Below, one piece after another: positions 36,401 through 49,800 of a DNA stretch of 64,000 nt; the stretch's first letter is position 1, and each line of letters begins with the position of its first letter. Below the pieces are notes generated by a model, which saw only the letters and a list, made by a program, of their open reading frames with translations, did no database searches and was not told the origin of the DNA. Source of the stretch: Eledone cirrhosa. Lineage: Eukaryota. Where the stretch lies: NCBI GenBank assembly GCA_964016885.1, contig OZ024744.1, positions 134,788,001-134,852,000 of the forward strand, written 5' to 3'. Made by a program: the position numbers and the translations under genes.

Positions 36401-36683
36401 GTTAAGTTGGGGTTAAGTTAAGTTGGGGTTAAGTTAAGTCGGGGTTAAGTTAAGTTGGGGTTAAGTTAAGTTGGGGTTAATTTAAGTTGGGGTTAAGTTA
36501 AGTTGGGGTTAAGTTAAGTTGGGTTTAAGTTAAGTTGGGGTTAAGTTAAGTTGGGGTTAAGTTAAGTTGGGGTTAAGTTAAGTTGGTTAGTTAAGTTGAG
36601 TTTAAGTTAAGTTGGGGTTAATTTAAGTTGGGGTTAAGTTAAGTTGGGGTTAAGTTAAGTTGGGGTTAAGTTAAGTTGGGGTT

Positions 36684-36859
36684 AACCCCAACTTAACTTA
36701 ACCCCAACTTCACTGAACCCCAACGTAACTCAACCCCAACTTAACTTAACCCCAACTTCACTCAACCCCAACTTAACTTAACCCCAACTTCACTCAACCC
36801 CAACTTCCAACTTGACTTAACCCCAAGTTAACTTAGCCCCAACTTAACTTAAGCCCAAA
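36684..36859 (-). repeat. Inverted cassette 17 (class B, CACTGAACC subtype)
   Basis: Same junctions. Confidence 0.95.
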
Positions 36860-39131
36860 GTCGGGGTTAAGTTAAGTTGGCGTTAAGTTAAGTTGGCGTT
36901 AAGTTAAGTTAGGCTTAACTTAAGTTGGGGTTCAGTTAAGTTGGGGGTAAGTTAAGTTGGGGGTAAGTTAAGTTGGGGGTAAGTTAAGTTGGGGTTAAGT
37001 TAAGTTGCGGTTAAGTTGGGGTTAAGTTAAGTTAGGGTTAAGTTAAGTTGGGGTTGAGTTAAGTTGGGGTTAATTAAGTGGTGGTTATGTTAAGTTGGGG
37101 TTAAGTTAAGTTGGGGTTAATTTAAATTGGGGTTAAGTTAACTTTGTGGTTAAGTTAAGTTGGGGTTAAGTTAAGTTGGGGTAAAGTTGGGGTTGAGTTA
37201 AGTTGGGGTTGAGTGAAGTTGGGGTTAAGATAAGTCGGGGTTAAGTTAAGTTGTGGTTGAGTTAAGTTGGGGTTAATTTAAGTTGGGGCTAAGTTAATTT
37301 GTGGTTAAGTTAAGTTAGGGTTAAGTTAAGTTGGGGTTAAGTTAAGTTGGGGTTGAGTTAAGTTGGGGTTGAGTTAATTTGGGGTTAAGTTAAGTTGGGG
37401 TTAAGTTAAGTTGGGTTTAAGTTAAGTTGGGGTTAAATTAAGTTGGGGTTAAATTAAGTTGGGGTTAAGTTAAGTTGGGGGTAAGTTAAGTTGGGGGCAA
37501 GTTAATTTGGGGTTAATTTAAGTTGGGGTTAAATTAAGTTGTGGTTACGTTAAGTTGGTGTTAAGTTAAGTTGGGGTTAATTTAAGTTGGGGTTAATTAA
37601 GTTGGGGTTAAGTTAAGTTGGGGTTAATTTAAGTTGGGGTTGAGTTAAGTTGGGGTTAAGTTAAGTTGGGGTTATATTAAGTTGGGGTTAAGTTAAGTTG
37701 GGGTTCAGTTAAGTTGGGGTTAAGTTAAGTTGGGGTTAAGTTAAGTTGGGGCTAAGTTAAGTTGGGGCTGAGTTAAGTTGGGGCTGAGTTAAGTTGGGGC
37801 TAAGTTAAGTTGGGGTTGAGTTAAGTTGGGGTTAAGTTGGGGTTAAGTTAAGTTAGGTTTAAGTTAAGTTGTGGTTAAGTTAAGTTGGGGTTAAGTTAAG
37901 TTGGGGTTAAGTCAAGTTGGGGTTAAGTTAAGTTGGGGTTAAGTTAATTTGTGGTTAAGTTAAGTTGTGGTTAAGTTAAGTTGGGGCTAAGTTAAGTTGG
38001 GCTTAAGTTAAGTCGGGGTTAAGTTAAGTTGGGGTTAAGTTAAGTTGGGGTTAATTTAAGTTGGGGTTAAGTTAAGTTGGGGTTATGTTAAGTTGGGTTT
38101 AAGTTAAGTTGGGGTTAAGTTAAGTTGAGGTTAAGTTAAGTTGGGGTTAAATTAAGTTGGGGTTACGTTAAGTTGGTGTTAAGTTAAGTTGGGGTTAATT
38201 TAAGTTGGGGTTAATTAAGTTGGGGTTAAGTTAAGTTGGGGTTAAGTTAAGTTGGGGTTAATTTAAGTCGGGGTTGAGTTAAGTTGGGGTTAAGTTAAGT
38301 TGGGGTTATATTAAGTTGGGGTTAAGTTAAGTTGGGGTTCAGTTAAGTTGAGGTTAAGTTAAGTTGGGGTTAAGTTAAGTTGAGGTTAAGTTAAGTTGGG
38401 GTTAAGTTAAGTTGGTGTTAAGTTAAGTTGGGGCTAAGTTAAGTTGGGGCTGAGTTAAGTTGGGGCTGAGTTAAGTTGGGGCTAAGTTAAGTTGGGGTTG
38501 AGTTAAGTTGGGGTTAAGTTGGGGTTAAGTTAAGTTAGGTTTAAGTTAAGTTGGGGTTAAGTTAAGTTGGGGTTAAGTTAAGTTGGGGTTAAGTTAAGTT
38601 GGGGTTAAGTTAAGTTGGGGTTAAGTTAAGTTGGGGTTAAGTTAAGTTGGGGTTGAGTTAATTTGGGGCTGAGTTAAGTTGGGGTTGAGTTAAGTTGGTG
38701 TTGAGTTAAGTTGGGGTTAAGTTAAGTTGGGGTTAAGTTAAGTTGCAGTTAAGTTAAGTTGAGGTTAAGTTAAGGTGCGGTTAAGTTAAGTTGGGGTTAA
38801 GTTAAGTTGGGGCTAAGTTAAGTTGGGGCTAAGTTAAGTTGGGGCTAAGTTAAGTTGGGGTTAAGTTACGTTGGGGTTAAGTTAAGTCGGGGTTAAGTTA
38901 AGTTGGGGTTAAGTTAAGTTGGGGTTAATTTAAGTTGGGGTTAAGTTAAGTTGGGGTTAAGTTAAGTTGGGTTTAAGTTAAGTTGGGGTTAAGTTAAGTT
39001 GGGGTTAAGTTAAGTTGGGGTTAAGTTAAGTTGGTTAGTTAAGTTGAGTTTAAGTTAAGTTGGGGTTAATTTAAGTTGGGGTTAAGTTAAGTTGGGGTTA
39101 AGTTAAGTTGGGGTTAAGTTAAGTTGGGGTT

Positions 39132-39307
39132 AACCCCAACTTAACTTAACCCCAACTTCACTCAGCCCCAACGTAACTCAACCCCAACTTAACTTAACCC
39201 CAACTTCACTCAACCCCAACTTAACTTAACCCCAACTTCACTCAACCCCAACTTCCAACTTGACTTAACCCCAACTTAACTTAGCCCCAACTTAACTTAA
39301 GCCCAAA
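39132..39307 (-). repeat. Inverted cassette 18 (class B, copy of 16)
   Basis: Shares the CTCAGCCCC variant with cassette 16. Confidence 0.95.
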
Positions 39308-42300
39308 GTCGGGGTTAAGTTAAGTTGGCGTTAAGTTAAGTTGGCGTTAAGTTAAGTTAGGCTTAACTTAAGTTGGGGTTCAGTTAAGTTGGGGGTAAGT
39401 TAAGTTGGGGGTAAGTTAAGTTGGGGGTTAGTTAAGTTGGGGTTAAGTTAAGTTGCGGTTAAGTTGGGGTTAAGTTAAGTTAGGGTTAAGTTAAGTTGGG
39501 GTTGAGTTAAGTTGGGGTTAATTAAGTGGTGGTTATGTTAAGTTGGGGTTAAGTTAAGTTGGGGTTAATTTAAATTGGGGTTAAGTTAACTTTGTGGTTA
39601 AGTTAAGTTGGGGTTAAGTTAAGTTGGGGTAAAGTTGGGGTTGAGTTAAGTTGGGGTTGAGTGAAGTTGGGGTTAAGTTAAGTTGGGGTTAAGTTAAGTT
39701 GGGGTTAAGATAAGTCGGGGTTAAGTTAAGTTGTGGTTGATTTAAGTTGGGGTTAATTTAAGTTGGGGCTAAGTTAATTTGTGGTTAAGTTAAGTTAGGG
39801 TTAAGTTAAGTTGGGGTTAAGTTAAGTTGGGGTTGAGTTAAGTTGGGGTTGAGTTAATTTGGGGTTAAGTTAAGTTGGGGTTAAGTTAAGTTGGGTTTAA
39901 GTTAAGTTGGGGTTAAATTAAGTTGGGGTTAAATTAAGTTGGGGTTAAGTTAAGTTGGGGGTAAGTTAAGTTGGGGGCAAGTTAATTTTGGGTTAATTTA
40001 AGTTGGGGTTAAATTAAGTTGTGGTTACGTTAAGTTGGTGTTAAGTTAAGGTGGGGTTAATTTAAGTTGGGGTTAAGTTAAGCTGGGGTTAAGTTGTGTT
40101 GGGGTTAAGTTAAGTTGGGGTTAATTTAAGTTGGGGTTAAGTTAAGTTGCGGGTAATTTAAGTTGGGGTTAAGTTAAGTTGGGGTTAAGTTAAGTTGGGG
40201 TTAAGTTAAGTTGGGGTTAAGTTAATTTGGGGTTAAGTTAAGTTGGGGCTAATTTAAGTTGGGGCTGAGTTAAGTTGGGGTTAAGTTAAGCTGGGGTTAA
40301 GTTAAGTTGGGGTTAAGTTAAGTTGGGGTTAAGTTAAGTTGGGGTTTATTTAAGTTGGGGTTAAGTTAAGTTGGGGTTCAGTTAAGTTGGGGTTCAGTTA
40401 AGTTGGGGTTAAGTTAAGTTGGGGTTAAGATGGGGTTAAATTACGTTGGAGTTAAGTTAAGTTGGGGTTAAGTTAAGTTGGGGTTAAGTTAAGTCGGGGT
40501 TAATTTAAGTCGGGGTTAAGTTAAGTTAGGGTTCAGTTAAGTTGGGGTTAAGTTAAGTTGGGGTTGAGTTAAGTTGGGGTTGAGTTAAATTGGGGTTGAG
40601 TTAAGTTGGGGTTGAGTTAAGTTGGTGTTGAGTTAAGTTGGGGTTAAGTTAAATTGGGGTTAAGTTAAGTTGCAGTTAAGTTAAGTTGAGGTTAAGTTAA
40701 GGTGCGGGTAAGTTAAGTTGGGCTTAAGTTAAGTTGGGGCTAAGTTAAGTTGGGGCTCAGTTAAGTTGGGGCTAAGTTAAGTTGGGGTTAAGTTAAGTTG
40801 GGGTTAAGTTAAGTCGGGGTTAAGTTAAGTTGGGGTTAAGTTAAGTTGGGGTTAATTTAAGTTGGGGTTAAGTTAAGTTGGGGTTAAGTTAAGTTGGGGT
40901 TAAGTTAAGTTGGGTTTAAGTTAAGTTGGGGTTAAGTTAAGTTGGGGTTGAGTTAAGTTGGGGCTGAGTTAATTTGGGGTTAAGTTAAGTTGGGGTTAAG
41001 TTAAGTTTGGCTTAAGTTAAGTTGGGGTTAAATTAAGTTGGGGTTAAATTAAGTTGGGGTTAAGTTAAGTTGGGGGTAAGTTAAGTTGGGGGCAAGTTAA
41101 GTTGGGGTTAATTTAAGTTGGGGTTAAATTAAGTTGGGGTTACGTTAAGTTGGTGTTAAGTTAAGTTGGGGTTAATTTAAGTTGGGGTTAATTAAGTTGG
41201 GGTTAAGTTAAGTTGGGGTTAAGTTAAGTTGGGGTTAATTTAAGTTGGGGTTGAGTTAAGTTGGGGTTAAGTTAAGTTGGGGTTATATTAAGTTGGGGTT
41301 AAGTTAAGTTGGGGTTCAGTTAAGTTGGGGTTAAGTTAAGTTGGGGTTAAGTTAAGTTAAGGTTAAGTTAAGTTGGGGTTAAGTTAAGTTGGTGTTAAGT
41401 TAAGTTGGGGCTAAGTTAAGTTGGGGTTGAGTTAAGTTGGGGTTAAGTTGGGGTTAAGTTAAGTTAGGTTTAAGTTAAGTTGGGGTTAAGTTAAGTTGTG
41501 GTTAAGTTAAGTTGGGGTTAAGTTAAGTTGGGGTTAATTTAAGTTGGGGTTAAGTTAAGTTGCGGGTAATTTAAGTTGGGGTTAAGTTAAGTTGGGGTTA
41601 AGTTAAGTTGGGGTTAAGTTAAGTTGGGGTTAAGTTAAGTTGGGGCTAATTTAAGTTGGGGCTGAGTTAAGTTGGGGTTAAGTTAAGTTGGGGTTAAGTT
41701 AAGTTGGGGTTAAGTTAAGTTGGGGTTAAGTTAAGTTGGGGTTTATTTAAGTTGGGGTTAAGTTAAGTTGGGGTTCAGTTAAGTTGGGGTTCAGTTAAGT
41801 TGGGGTTAAGTTAAGTTGGGGTTAAGTTAAGTTGGGGTTAAGTTAAGTTGGGGTTAAGTTAAGTCGGGGTTAATTTAAGTCGGGGTTAAGTTAAGTTAGG
41901 GTTCAGTTAAGTTGGGGTTAAGTTAAGTTGGGGTTAAGTTAAGTTGGGGTTAAGTTAAGTCGGGGTTAATTTAAGTCGGGGTTAAGTTAAGTTAGGGTTC
42001 AGTTAAGTTGGGGTTAAGTTAAGTTGGGGTTGAGTTAAGATGGGGTTCAGTTAAATTGGGGTTGAGTTAAGTTGGGGTTGAGTTAAGTTGGTGTTGAGTT
42101 AAGTTGGGGTTAAGTTAAATTGGGGTTAAGTTAAGTTGCAGTTAAGTTAAGTTGAGGTTAAGTTAAGGTGCGGTTAAGTTAAGTTGGGGTTAAGTTAAGT
42201 TGGGGCTAAGTTAAGTTGGGGCTAAGTTAAGTTGGGGCTAAGTTAAGATGGGGTTAAGTTAAGTTGGGGTTAAGTTAAGTCGGGGTTAAGTTAAGTTGGG

Positions 42301-42524
42301 GTTAAGTTAAGTTGGGGTTAATTTAAGTTGGGGTTAAGTTAAGTTGGGGTTAAGTTAAGTTGGGTTTAAGTTAAGTTGGGGTTAAGTTAAGTTGGGGTTA
42401 AGTTAAGTTGGGGTTAAGTTAAGTTGGTTAGTTAAGTTGAGTTTAAGTTAAGTTGGGGTTAATTTAAGTTGGGGTTAAGTTAAGTTGGGGTTAAGTTAAG
42501 TTGGGGTTAAGTTAAGTTGGGGTT

Positions 42525-42700
42525 AACCCCAACTTAACTTAACCCCAACTTCACTGAACCCCAACGTAACTCAACCCCAACTTAACTTAACCCCAACTTC
42601 ACTCAACCCCAACTTAACTTAACCCCAACTTCACTCAACCCCAACTTCCAACTTGACTTAACCCCAAGTTAACTTAGCCCCAACTTAACTTAAGCCCAAA
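42525..42700 (-). repeat. Inverted cassette 19 (class B, copy of 17)
   Basis: CACTGAACC variant. Confidence 0.95.
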
Positions 42701-44242
42701 GTCGGGGTTAAGTTAAGTTGGCGTTAAGTTAAGTTGGCGTTAAGTTAAGTTAGGCTTAACTTAAGTTGGGGTTCAGTTAAGTTGGGGGTAAGTTAAGTTG
42801 GGGGTAAGTTAAGTTGGGGGTAAGTTAAGTTGGGGTTAAGTTAAGTTGCGGTTAAGTTGGGGTTAAGTTAAGTTAGGGTTAAGTTAAGTTGGGGTTGAGT
42901 TAAGTTGGGGTTAATTAAGTGGTGGTTATGTTAAGTTGGGGTTAAGTTAAGTTGGGGTTAATTTAAATTGGGGTTAAGTTAACTTTGTGGTTAAGTTAAG
43001 TTGGGGTTAAGTTAAGTTGGGGTAAAGTTGGGGTTGAGTTAAGTTGGGGTTGAGTGAAGTTGGGGTTAAGTTAAGTTGGGGTTAAGTTAAGTTGGGGTTA
43101 AGATAAGTCGGGGTTAAGTTAAGTTGTGGTTGAGTTAAGTTGGGGTTAATTTAAGTTGGGGCTAAGTTAATTTGTGGTTAAGTTAAGTTAGGGTTAAGTT
43201 AAGTTGGGGTTAAGTTAAGTTGGGGTTGAGTTAAGTTGGGGTTGAGTTAATTTGGGGTTAAGTTAAGTTGGGGTTAAGTTAAGTTGGGTTTAAGTTAAGT
43301 TGGGGTTAAATTAAGTTGGGGTTAAATTAAGTTGGGGTTAAGTTAAGTTGGGGGTAAGTTAAGTTGGGGGCAAGTTAATTTGGGGTTAATTTAAGTTGGG
43401 GTTAAATTAAGTTGTGGTTACGTTAAGTTGGTGTTAAGTTAAGTTGGGGTTAATTTAAGTTGGGGTTAATTAAGTTGGGGTTAAGTTAAGTTGGGGTTAA
43501 TTTAAGTTGGGGTTGAGTTAAGTTGGGGTTAAGTTAAGTTGGGGTTATATTAAGTTGGGGTTAAGTTAAGTTGGGGTTCAGTTAAGTTGGGGTTAAGTTA
43601 AGTTGGGGTTAAGTTAAGTTGGGGCTAAGTTAAGTTGGGGCTGAGTTAAGTTGGGGCTGAGTTAAGTTGGGGCTAAGTTAAGTTGGGGTTGAGTTAAGTT
43701 GGGGTTAAGTTGGGGTTAAGTTAAGTTAGGTTTAAGTTAAGTTGTGGTTAAGTTAAGTTGGGGTTAAGTTAAGTTGGGGTTAAGTCAAGTTGGGGTTAAG
43801 TTAAGTTGGGGTTAAGTTAATTTGTGGTTAAGTTAAGTTGTGGTTAAGTTAAGTTGGGGCTAAGTTAAGTTGGGCTTAAGTTAAGTCGGGGTTAAGTTAA
43901 GTTGGGGTTAAGTTAAGTTGGGGTTAATTTAAGTTGGGGTTAAGTTAAGTTGGGGTTATGTTAAGTTGGGTTTAAGTTAAGTTGGGGTTAAGTTAAGTTG
44001 AGGTTAAGTTAAGTTGGGGTTAAATTAAGTTGGGGTTAAGTTAAGTTGGGGTTAAGTTAAGTTGGGGTTGAGTTAAGTTGGGGATAAGTTAAGTTGGGGA
44101 TAATTTAAGTTGGGGTTAAGTTAAGTTGGGTTTAAGTTAAGTTGGTTAGTTAAGTTGAGTTTAAGTTAAGTTGGGGTTAATTTAAGTTGGGGTTAAGTTA
44201 AGTTGGGGTTAAGTTAAGTTGGGGTTAAGTTAAGTTGGGGTT

Positions 44243-44418
44243 AACCCCAACTTAACTTAACCCCAACTTCACTGAACCCCAACGTAACTCAACCCCAACT
44301 TAACTTAACCCCAACTTCACTCAACCCCAACTTAACTTAACCCCAACTTCACTCAACCCCAACTTCCAACTTGACTTAACCCCAAGTTAACTTAGCCCCA
44401 ACTTAACTTAAGCCCAAA
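44243..44418 (-). repeat. Inverted cassette 20 (class B, copy of 19)
   Basis: CACTGAACC variant. Confidence 0.95.
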
Positions 44419-46627
44419 GTCGGGGTTAAGTTAAGTTGGCGTTAAGTTAAGTTGGCGTTAAGTTAAGTTAGGCTTAACTTAAGTTGGGGTTCAGTTAAGT
44501 TGGGGGTAAGTTAAGTTGGGGGTAAGTTAAGTTGAGGGTAAGTTAAGTTGGGGTTAAGTTAAGTTGCGGTTAAGTTGGGGTTAAGTTAAGTTAGGGTTAA
44601 GTTAAGTTGGGGTTGAGTTAAGTTGGGGTTAATTAAGTGGTGGTTATGTTAAGTTGGGGTTAAGTTAAGTTGGGGTTAATTTAAATTGGGGTTAAGTTAA
44701 CTTTGTGGTTAAGTTAAGTTGGGGTTAAGTTAAGTTGGGGTAAAGTTGGGGTTGAGTTAAGTTGGGGTTGAGTGAAGTTGGGGTTAAGTTAAGTTGGGGT
44801 TAAGTTAAGTTGGGGTTAAGATAAGTCGGGGTTAAGTTAAGTTGTGGTTGAGTTAAGTTGGGGTTAATTTAAGTTGGGGCTAAGTTAATTTGTGGTTAAG
44901 TTAAGTTAGGGTTAAGTTAAGTTGGGGTTAAGTTAAGTTGGGGTTGAGTTAAGTTGGGGTTGAGTTAATTTGGGGTTAAGTTAAGTTGGGGTTAAGTTAA
45001 GTTGGGTTTAAGTTAAGTTGGGGTTAAATTAAGTTGGGGTTAAATTAAGTTGGGGTTAAGTTAAGTTGGGGGTAAGTTAAGTTGGGGGCAAGTTAATTTG
45101 GGGTTAATTTAAGTTGGGGTTAAATTAAGTTGTGGTTACGTTAAGTTGGTGTTAAGTTAAGTTGGGGTTAATTTAAGTTGGGGTTAATTAAGTTGGGGTT
45201 AAGTTAAGTTGGGGTTAATTTAAGTTGGGGTTGAGTTAAGTTGGGGTTAAGTTAAGTTGGGGTTATATTAAGTTGGGGTTAAGTTAAGTTGGGGTTCAGT
45301 TAAGTTGGGGTTAAGTTAAGTTGGGGTTAAGTTAAGTTGGGGCTAAGTTAAGTTGGGGCTGAGTTAAGTTGGGGCTGAGTTAAGTTGGGGCTAAGTTAAG
45401 TTGGGGTTGAGTTAAGTTGGGGTTAAGTTGGGGTTAAGTTAAGTTAGGTTTAAGTTAAGTTGTGGTTAAGTTAAGTTGGGGTTAAGTTAAGTTGGGGTTA
45501 AGTCAAGTTGGGGTTAAGTTAAGTTGGGGTTAAGTTAATTTGTGGTTAAGTTAAGTTGTGGTTAAGTTAAGTTGGGGCTAAGTTAAGTTGGGCTTAAGTT
45601 AAGTCGGGGTTAAGTTAAGTTGGGGTTAAGTTAAGTTGGGGTTAATTTAAGTTGGGGTTAAGTTAAGTTGGGGTTATGTTAAGTTGGGTTTAAGTTAAGT
45701 TGGGGTTAAGTTAAGTTGAGGTTAAGTTAAGTTGGGGTTAAATTAAGTTGGGGTTAAGTTAAGTTGGGGTTAAGTTAAGTTGGGGTTGAGTTAAGTTGGG
45801 GATAAGTTAAGTTGGGGATAATTTAAGTTGGGGTTAAGTTAAGTTGGGTTTAAGTTAAGTTGGGGTTAAGTTAAGTTGGGGTTAAGTTAAGTTGGGGTTA
45901 AGTTAAGTTGGGGTTAAGTTAAGTTGGGGCTAAGTTAAGTTGGGGCTGAGTTAAGTTGGGGTTAAGTTAAATTGGGGTTAAGTTAAGTTGGGGTTAAGTT
46001 AAGTTGGGGTTAAGTTAAGTTGGGGTTTATTTAAGTTGGGGTTAAGATGGGGTTAAATTAAGTTGGGGTTAAGTTAAGTTGGGGTTAAGTTAAGTTGGGG
46101 TTAAGCTAAGTTGGGGTTAAGTTCAGTCGGGGTTAAGTTAAGTCGGGGTTAAGTTAAGTTAGGGTTCAGTTAAGTTGGGGTTAAGTTAAGTTGGGGTTGA
46201 GTTAAGTTGGGGTTGAGTTAAGTTGGGGGTAAGTTAAGTTGGGGTTAAGTTAAGTTGCAGTTAAGTTAAGTTGAGGTTAAGTTAAGGTGCGGTTAAGTTA
46301 AGTTGGTGTTAAGTTAAGTTGGGGCTAAGTTAAGTTGGGGCTAAGTTAAGTTGGGGCTAAGTTAAGTTTGGGTTAAGTTAAGTCGGGGTTAAGTTAAGTT
46401 GGGGTTAAGTTAAGTTGGGGTTAACTTAAGTTGGGGTTAAGTTAAGTTGGGGTTAAGTTAAGTTGGGGTTAAGTTAAGTTGGGGTTGAGTTAAGTTGGGT
46501 TTAAGTTAAGTTGGGGTTAAGTTTAGTTGGTTAGTTAAGTTGAGTTTAAGTTAAGTTGGGGTTAATTTAAGTTGGGGTTAAGTTAAGTTGGGGTTAAGTT
46601 AAGTTGGGGTTAAGTTAAGTTGGGTTT

Positions 46628-46828
46628 AACCCCAACTTAACTTAAACCCAACTTCACTCAACCCCAACGTAACTCAACCCCAACTTAACTTAACCCCAAC
46701 TTCACTCAACCCCAACTTAACTTAACCCCAACTTCACTCAACACCAACTTAAGTCAACCCCAACTTAACTTAACCCCAACTTGACTTAACCCCAACTTAA
46801 ATTAGCCCCAACTTAACTTAAGCCCAAA
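46628..46828 (-). repeat. Inverted cassette 21 (class A-like, diverged)
   Basis: Has the AAGTCAACC unit; left junction GGGTTT|AACCCC; flank GGCGTTATG and GTCAGGC. Confidence 0.95.
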
Positions 46829-49800
46829 GTCGGGGTTAAGTTAAGTTGGCGTTATGTTAAGTCAGGCTTAACTTAAGTTAGTGTTCAGTTAAGTTGGGGG
46901 TAAGTTAAGTTGCGGGTAAGTTAAGTTGGGGTTAAGTTAAGTTGCGGTTAAGTTGGGGTTAAGTTAAGTTAGGGTTAAGTTAAGTTGGGGTTGAGTTAAG
47001 TTGGGGTTAATTAAGTGGTGGTTATGTTAAGTTGGGGTTAATTTAAATTGGGGTTAAGTTGACTTTGTGGTTAAGTTAAGTTGGGGTTAAGTTAAGTTGG
47101 GGTTAAGTTGGGGTTGAGTTAAGTTGGGGTTGAGTGAAGTTGGGGTTAAGTTAAGTTGGGGTAAAGTTAAGTTGGGGTTAAGTTAAGTCGGGGTTAAGTT
47201 AAGTTGTGGTTGAGTTAAGTTGGGGTTAATTTAAGTTGGGGCTAAGTTAATTTGTGGTTAAGTTAAGTTGGGGTTAAGTTAAGTTGGGGTTAAGTTAAGT
47301 TGGGGTTGAGTTAAGTTGGGGTTGAGTTAAGTTGGGGTTAAGTTAAGTTGGGGTCAAGTTAAGTTGGGGTTAAGTTGGGGTTAAGTTAAGTTAGGTTTAA
47401 GTTAAGTTGGGGTTAAGTTAAGTTGGGGTTAAGTTAAGTTGGGGTTAAGTTAAGTTGGGGTTAAGTTAAGTTGGGGTTAAGTTAATTTGTGGTTAAGTTA
47501 AGTTGGGGTTAAGTTAAGTTGGGGTTAAGTTAAGTCGGGGTTAAGTTAAGTTGGGGTTAAGTTAAGTTTGGGTTAATTTAAGTTGGGGTTAAGTTAAGTT
47601 GGGGTTAAATTAAGTTGGGGTTAAGTTAAGTTGGGGTTTAGTTAAGTTGGTGTTAAGTTAAGTTGGGGCTAAGTTAAGTTGGGGCTGAGTTAAGTTGGGG
47701 CTGAGTTAAGTTGGGGCTAAGTTAAGTTGGGGTTGAGTTAAGTTGGGGTTAAGTTGGGGTTAAGTTAAGTTAGGTTTAAGTTAAGTTGGGGTTAAGTTAA
47801 GTTGGGGTTAAGTTAAGTTGGGGTTAAGTTAAGTTGGGGTTAAGTTAAGTTGGGGTTAAGTTAATTTGTGGTTAAGTTAAGTTGTGGTTAAGTTAAGTTG
47901 GGGTTAAGTTAAGTTGGGGTTAAGTTAAGTCGGGGTTAAATTAAGTTGGGGTTAAGTTAAGTTGGGGTTAATTTAAGTTGGGGTTAAGTTATGTTGGGGT
48001 TAAGTTAATTGGGGTTAAGTTAAGTTGGGGTTAAGTTAAGTTGAGGTTAAGTTAAGTTAGGGTTAAATTAAGTTGGGGTTAAGTTAAGTTGGGGTTAAGT
48101 TAAGTTGGGTTAAGTTAAGTTGGGGATAAGTTAAGTTGGGGATAATTTAAGTTGGGGTTAAGTTAAGTTGGGTTTAAGTTAAGTTGGGGTTAAGTTAAGT
48201 TGGGGCTAAGTTAAGTTGGGGCTAAGTTAAGTTGGGGTTAAGTTAAGTTGGGGTTAAGTTAAGTCGGGGTTAAGTTAAGTTGGGGTTAAGTTAAGTTGGG
48301 GTTAATTTAAGTTGGGGTTGAGTTAAGTTGGTGTTGAGTTAAGTTGGGGTTAAGTTAAGTTGGGGTTAAGTTAAGTTGCAGTTAAGTTAAGTTGAGGTTA
48401 AGTTAAGGTGCGGTTAAGTTAAGTTGGGGTTAAGTTAAGTTGGGGCTAAGTTAAGTTGGGGCTAAGTTACGTTGGGGTTAAGTTAAGTTGGGGTTAAGTT
48501 AAGTCGGGGTTAATTTAAGTTGGGGTTAAGTTAAGTTGGGGTTAATTTAAGTTGGGGTTAAGTTAATTTGGGGTTAAGTTAAGTTGGGGTTAAGTTAAGT
48601 TGGGGTTAAGTTAAGTTGGGTTTAAGTTAAGTTGGGGTTAAGTTAAGTTGGGGTTGAGTTAAGTTGGGGCTGAGTTAATTTGGGGTTAAGTTAAGTTGGG
48701 GTTAAGTTAAGTTGGGTTTAAGTTAAGTTGGGGTTAAATTAAGTTGGGGTTAAATTAAGTTGGGGTTAAGTTAAGTTGGGGGTAAGTTAAGTTGGGGGCA
48801 AGTTAAGTTGGGGTTAATTTAAGTTGGGGTTAAATTAAGTTGGGGTTACGTTAAGTTGGTGTTAAGTTAAGTTGGGGTTAATTTAAGTTGGGGTTAATTA
48901 AGTTGGGGTTAAGTTAAGTTGGGGTTAAGTTAAGTTGGGGTTAATTTAAGTTGGGGTTGAGTTAAGTTGGGGTTAAGTTAAGTTGGGGTTATATTAAGTT
49001 GGGGTTAAGTTAAGTTGGGGTTCAGTTAAGTTGGGGTTAAGTTAAGTTGGGGTTAAGTTAAGTTGAGGTTAAGTTAAGTTGGGGTTAAGTTAAGTTGGTG
49101 TTAAGTTAAGTTGGGGCTAAGTTAAGTTGGGGTTGAGTTAAGTTGGGGTTAAGTTGGGGTTAAGTTAAGTTAGGTTTAAGTTAAGTTGGGGTTTAGTTAA
49201 GTTGGGGTTAAGTTAAGTTGTGGTTAAGTTAAGTTGGGGTTAATTTAAGTTGGGGTTAAGTTAAGTTGGGGTTAAGTTAAGTTGGGGTTAAGTTAATTGG
49301 GGTTAAGTTAAGTTGGGGTTAAGTTAAGTTGAGGTTAAGTTAAGTTGGGGTTAAATTAAGTTTGGGTTAAGTTAAGTTGGGGTTAAGTTAAGTTGGGGTT
49401 AAGTTAAGTTGGGGATAAGTTAAGTTGGGGATAATTTAAGTTGGGGTTAAGTTAAGTTGGGTTAAATTAAGTTGGGGTTAAGTTAAGTTGGGGTTAAGTT
49501 AAGTTGGGGTTAAGTTAAGTTGGGGTTAAGTTAAGTTGGGGCTAAGTTAAGTTGGGGCTGAGTTAAGTTGGAGTTCAGTTAAGTTGGGGTTAAGTTAAGT
49601 TGGGGTTAAGTTAAGTTGGGGTTAATTTAAGTTGGGGTTAAGTTAAGTTGCGGGTAATTTAAGTTGGGGTTAAGTTAAGTTGGGGTTAAGTTAAGTTGGG
49701 GTTAAGTTAAGTTGGGGTTAAGTTAAGTTGGGGCTAATTTAAGTTGGGGCTGAGTTAAGTTGGGGTTAAGTTAAGTTGGGGTTAAGTTAAGTTGGGATTA

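Larger units (their letters stand above)
32300..44035 (+). repeat. ~5841-bp tandem duplication (~32300-38140 vs ~38141-44035)
   Basis: Cassettes 16/18 and 17/19 are both offset by 5841, with shared rare variants GTGCGGGTAAG, GGGCTCAG and AAGTTAAGGTT. A 32-bp indel shifts the offset to 5873 near the end. Confidence 0.88.
42410..45860 (+). repeat. 1718-bp tandem duplication (~42410-44130 vs ~44130-45860)
   Basis: Cassettes 19/20 are offset by 1718; downstream variants AAGTCAAG, GGGCTTAAG and GGGATAATTT recur at the same offset. Confidence 0.85.
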
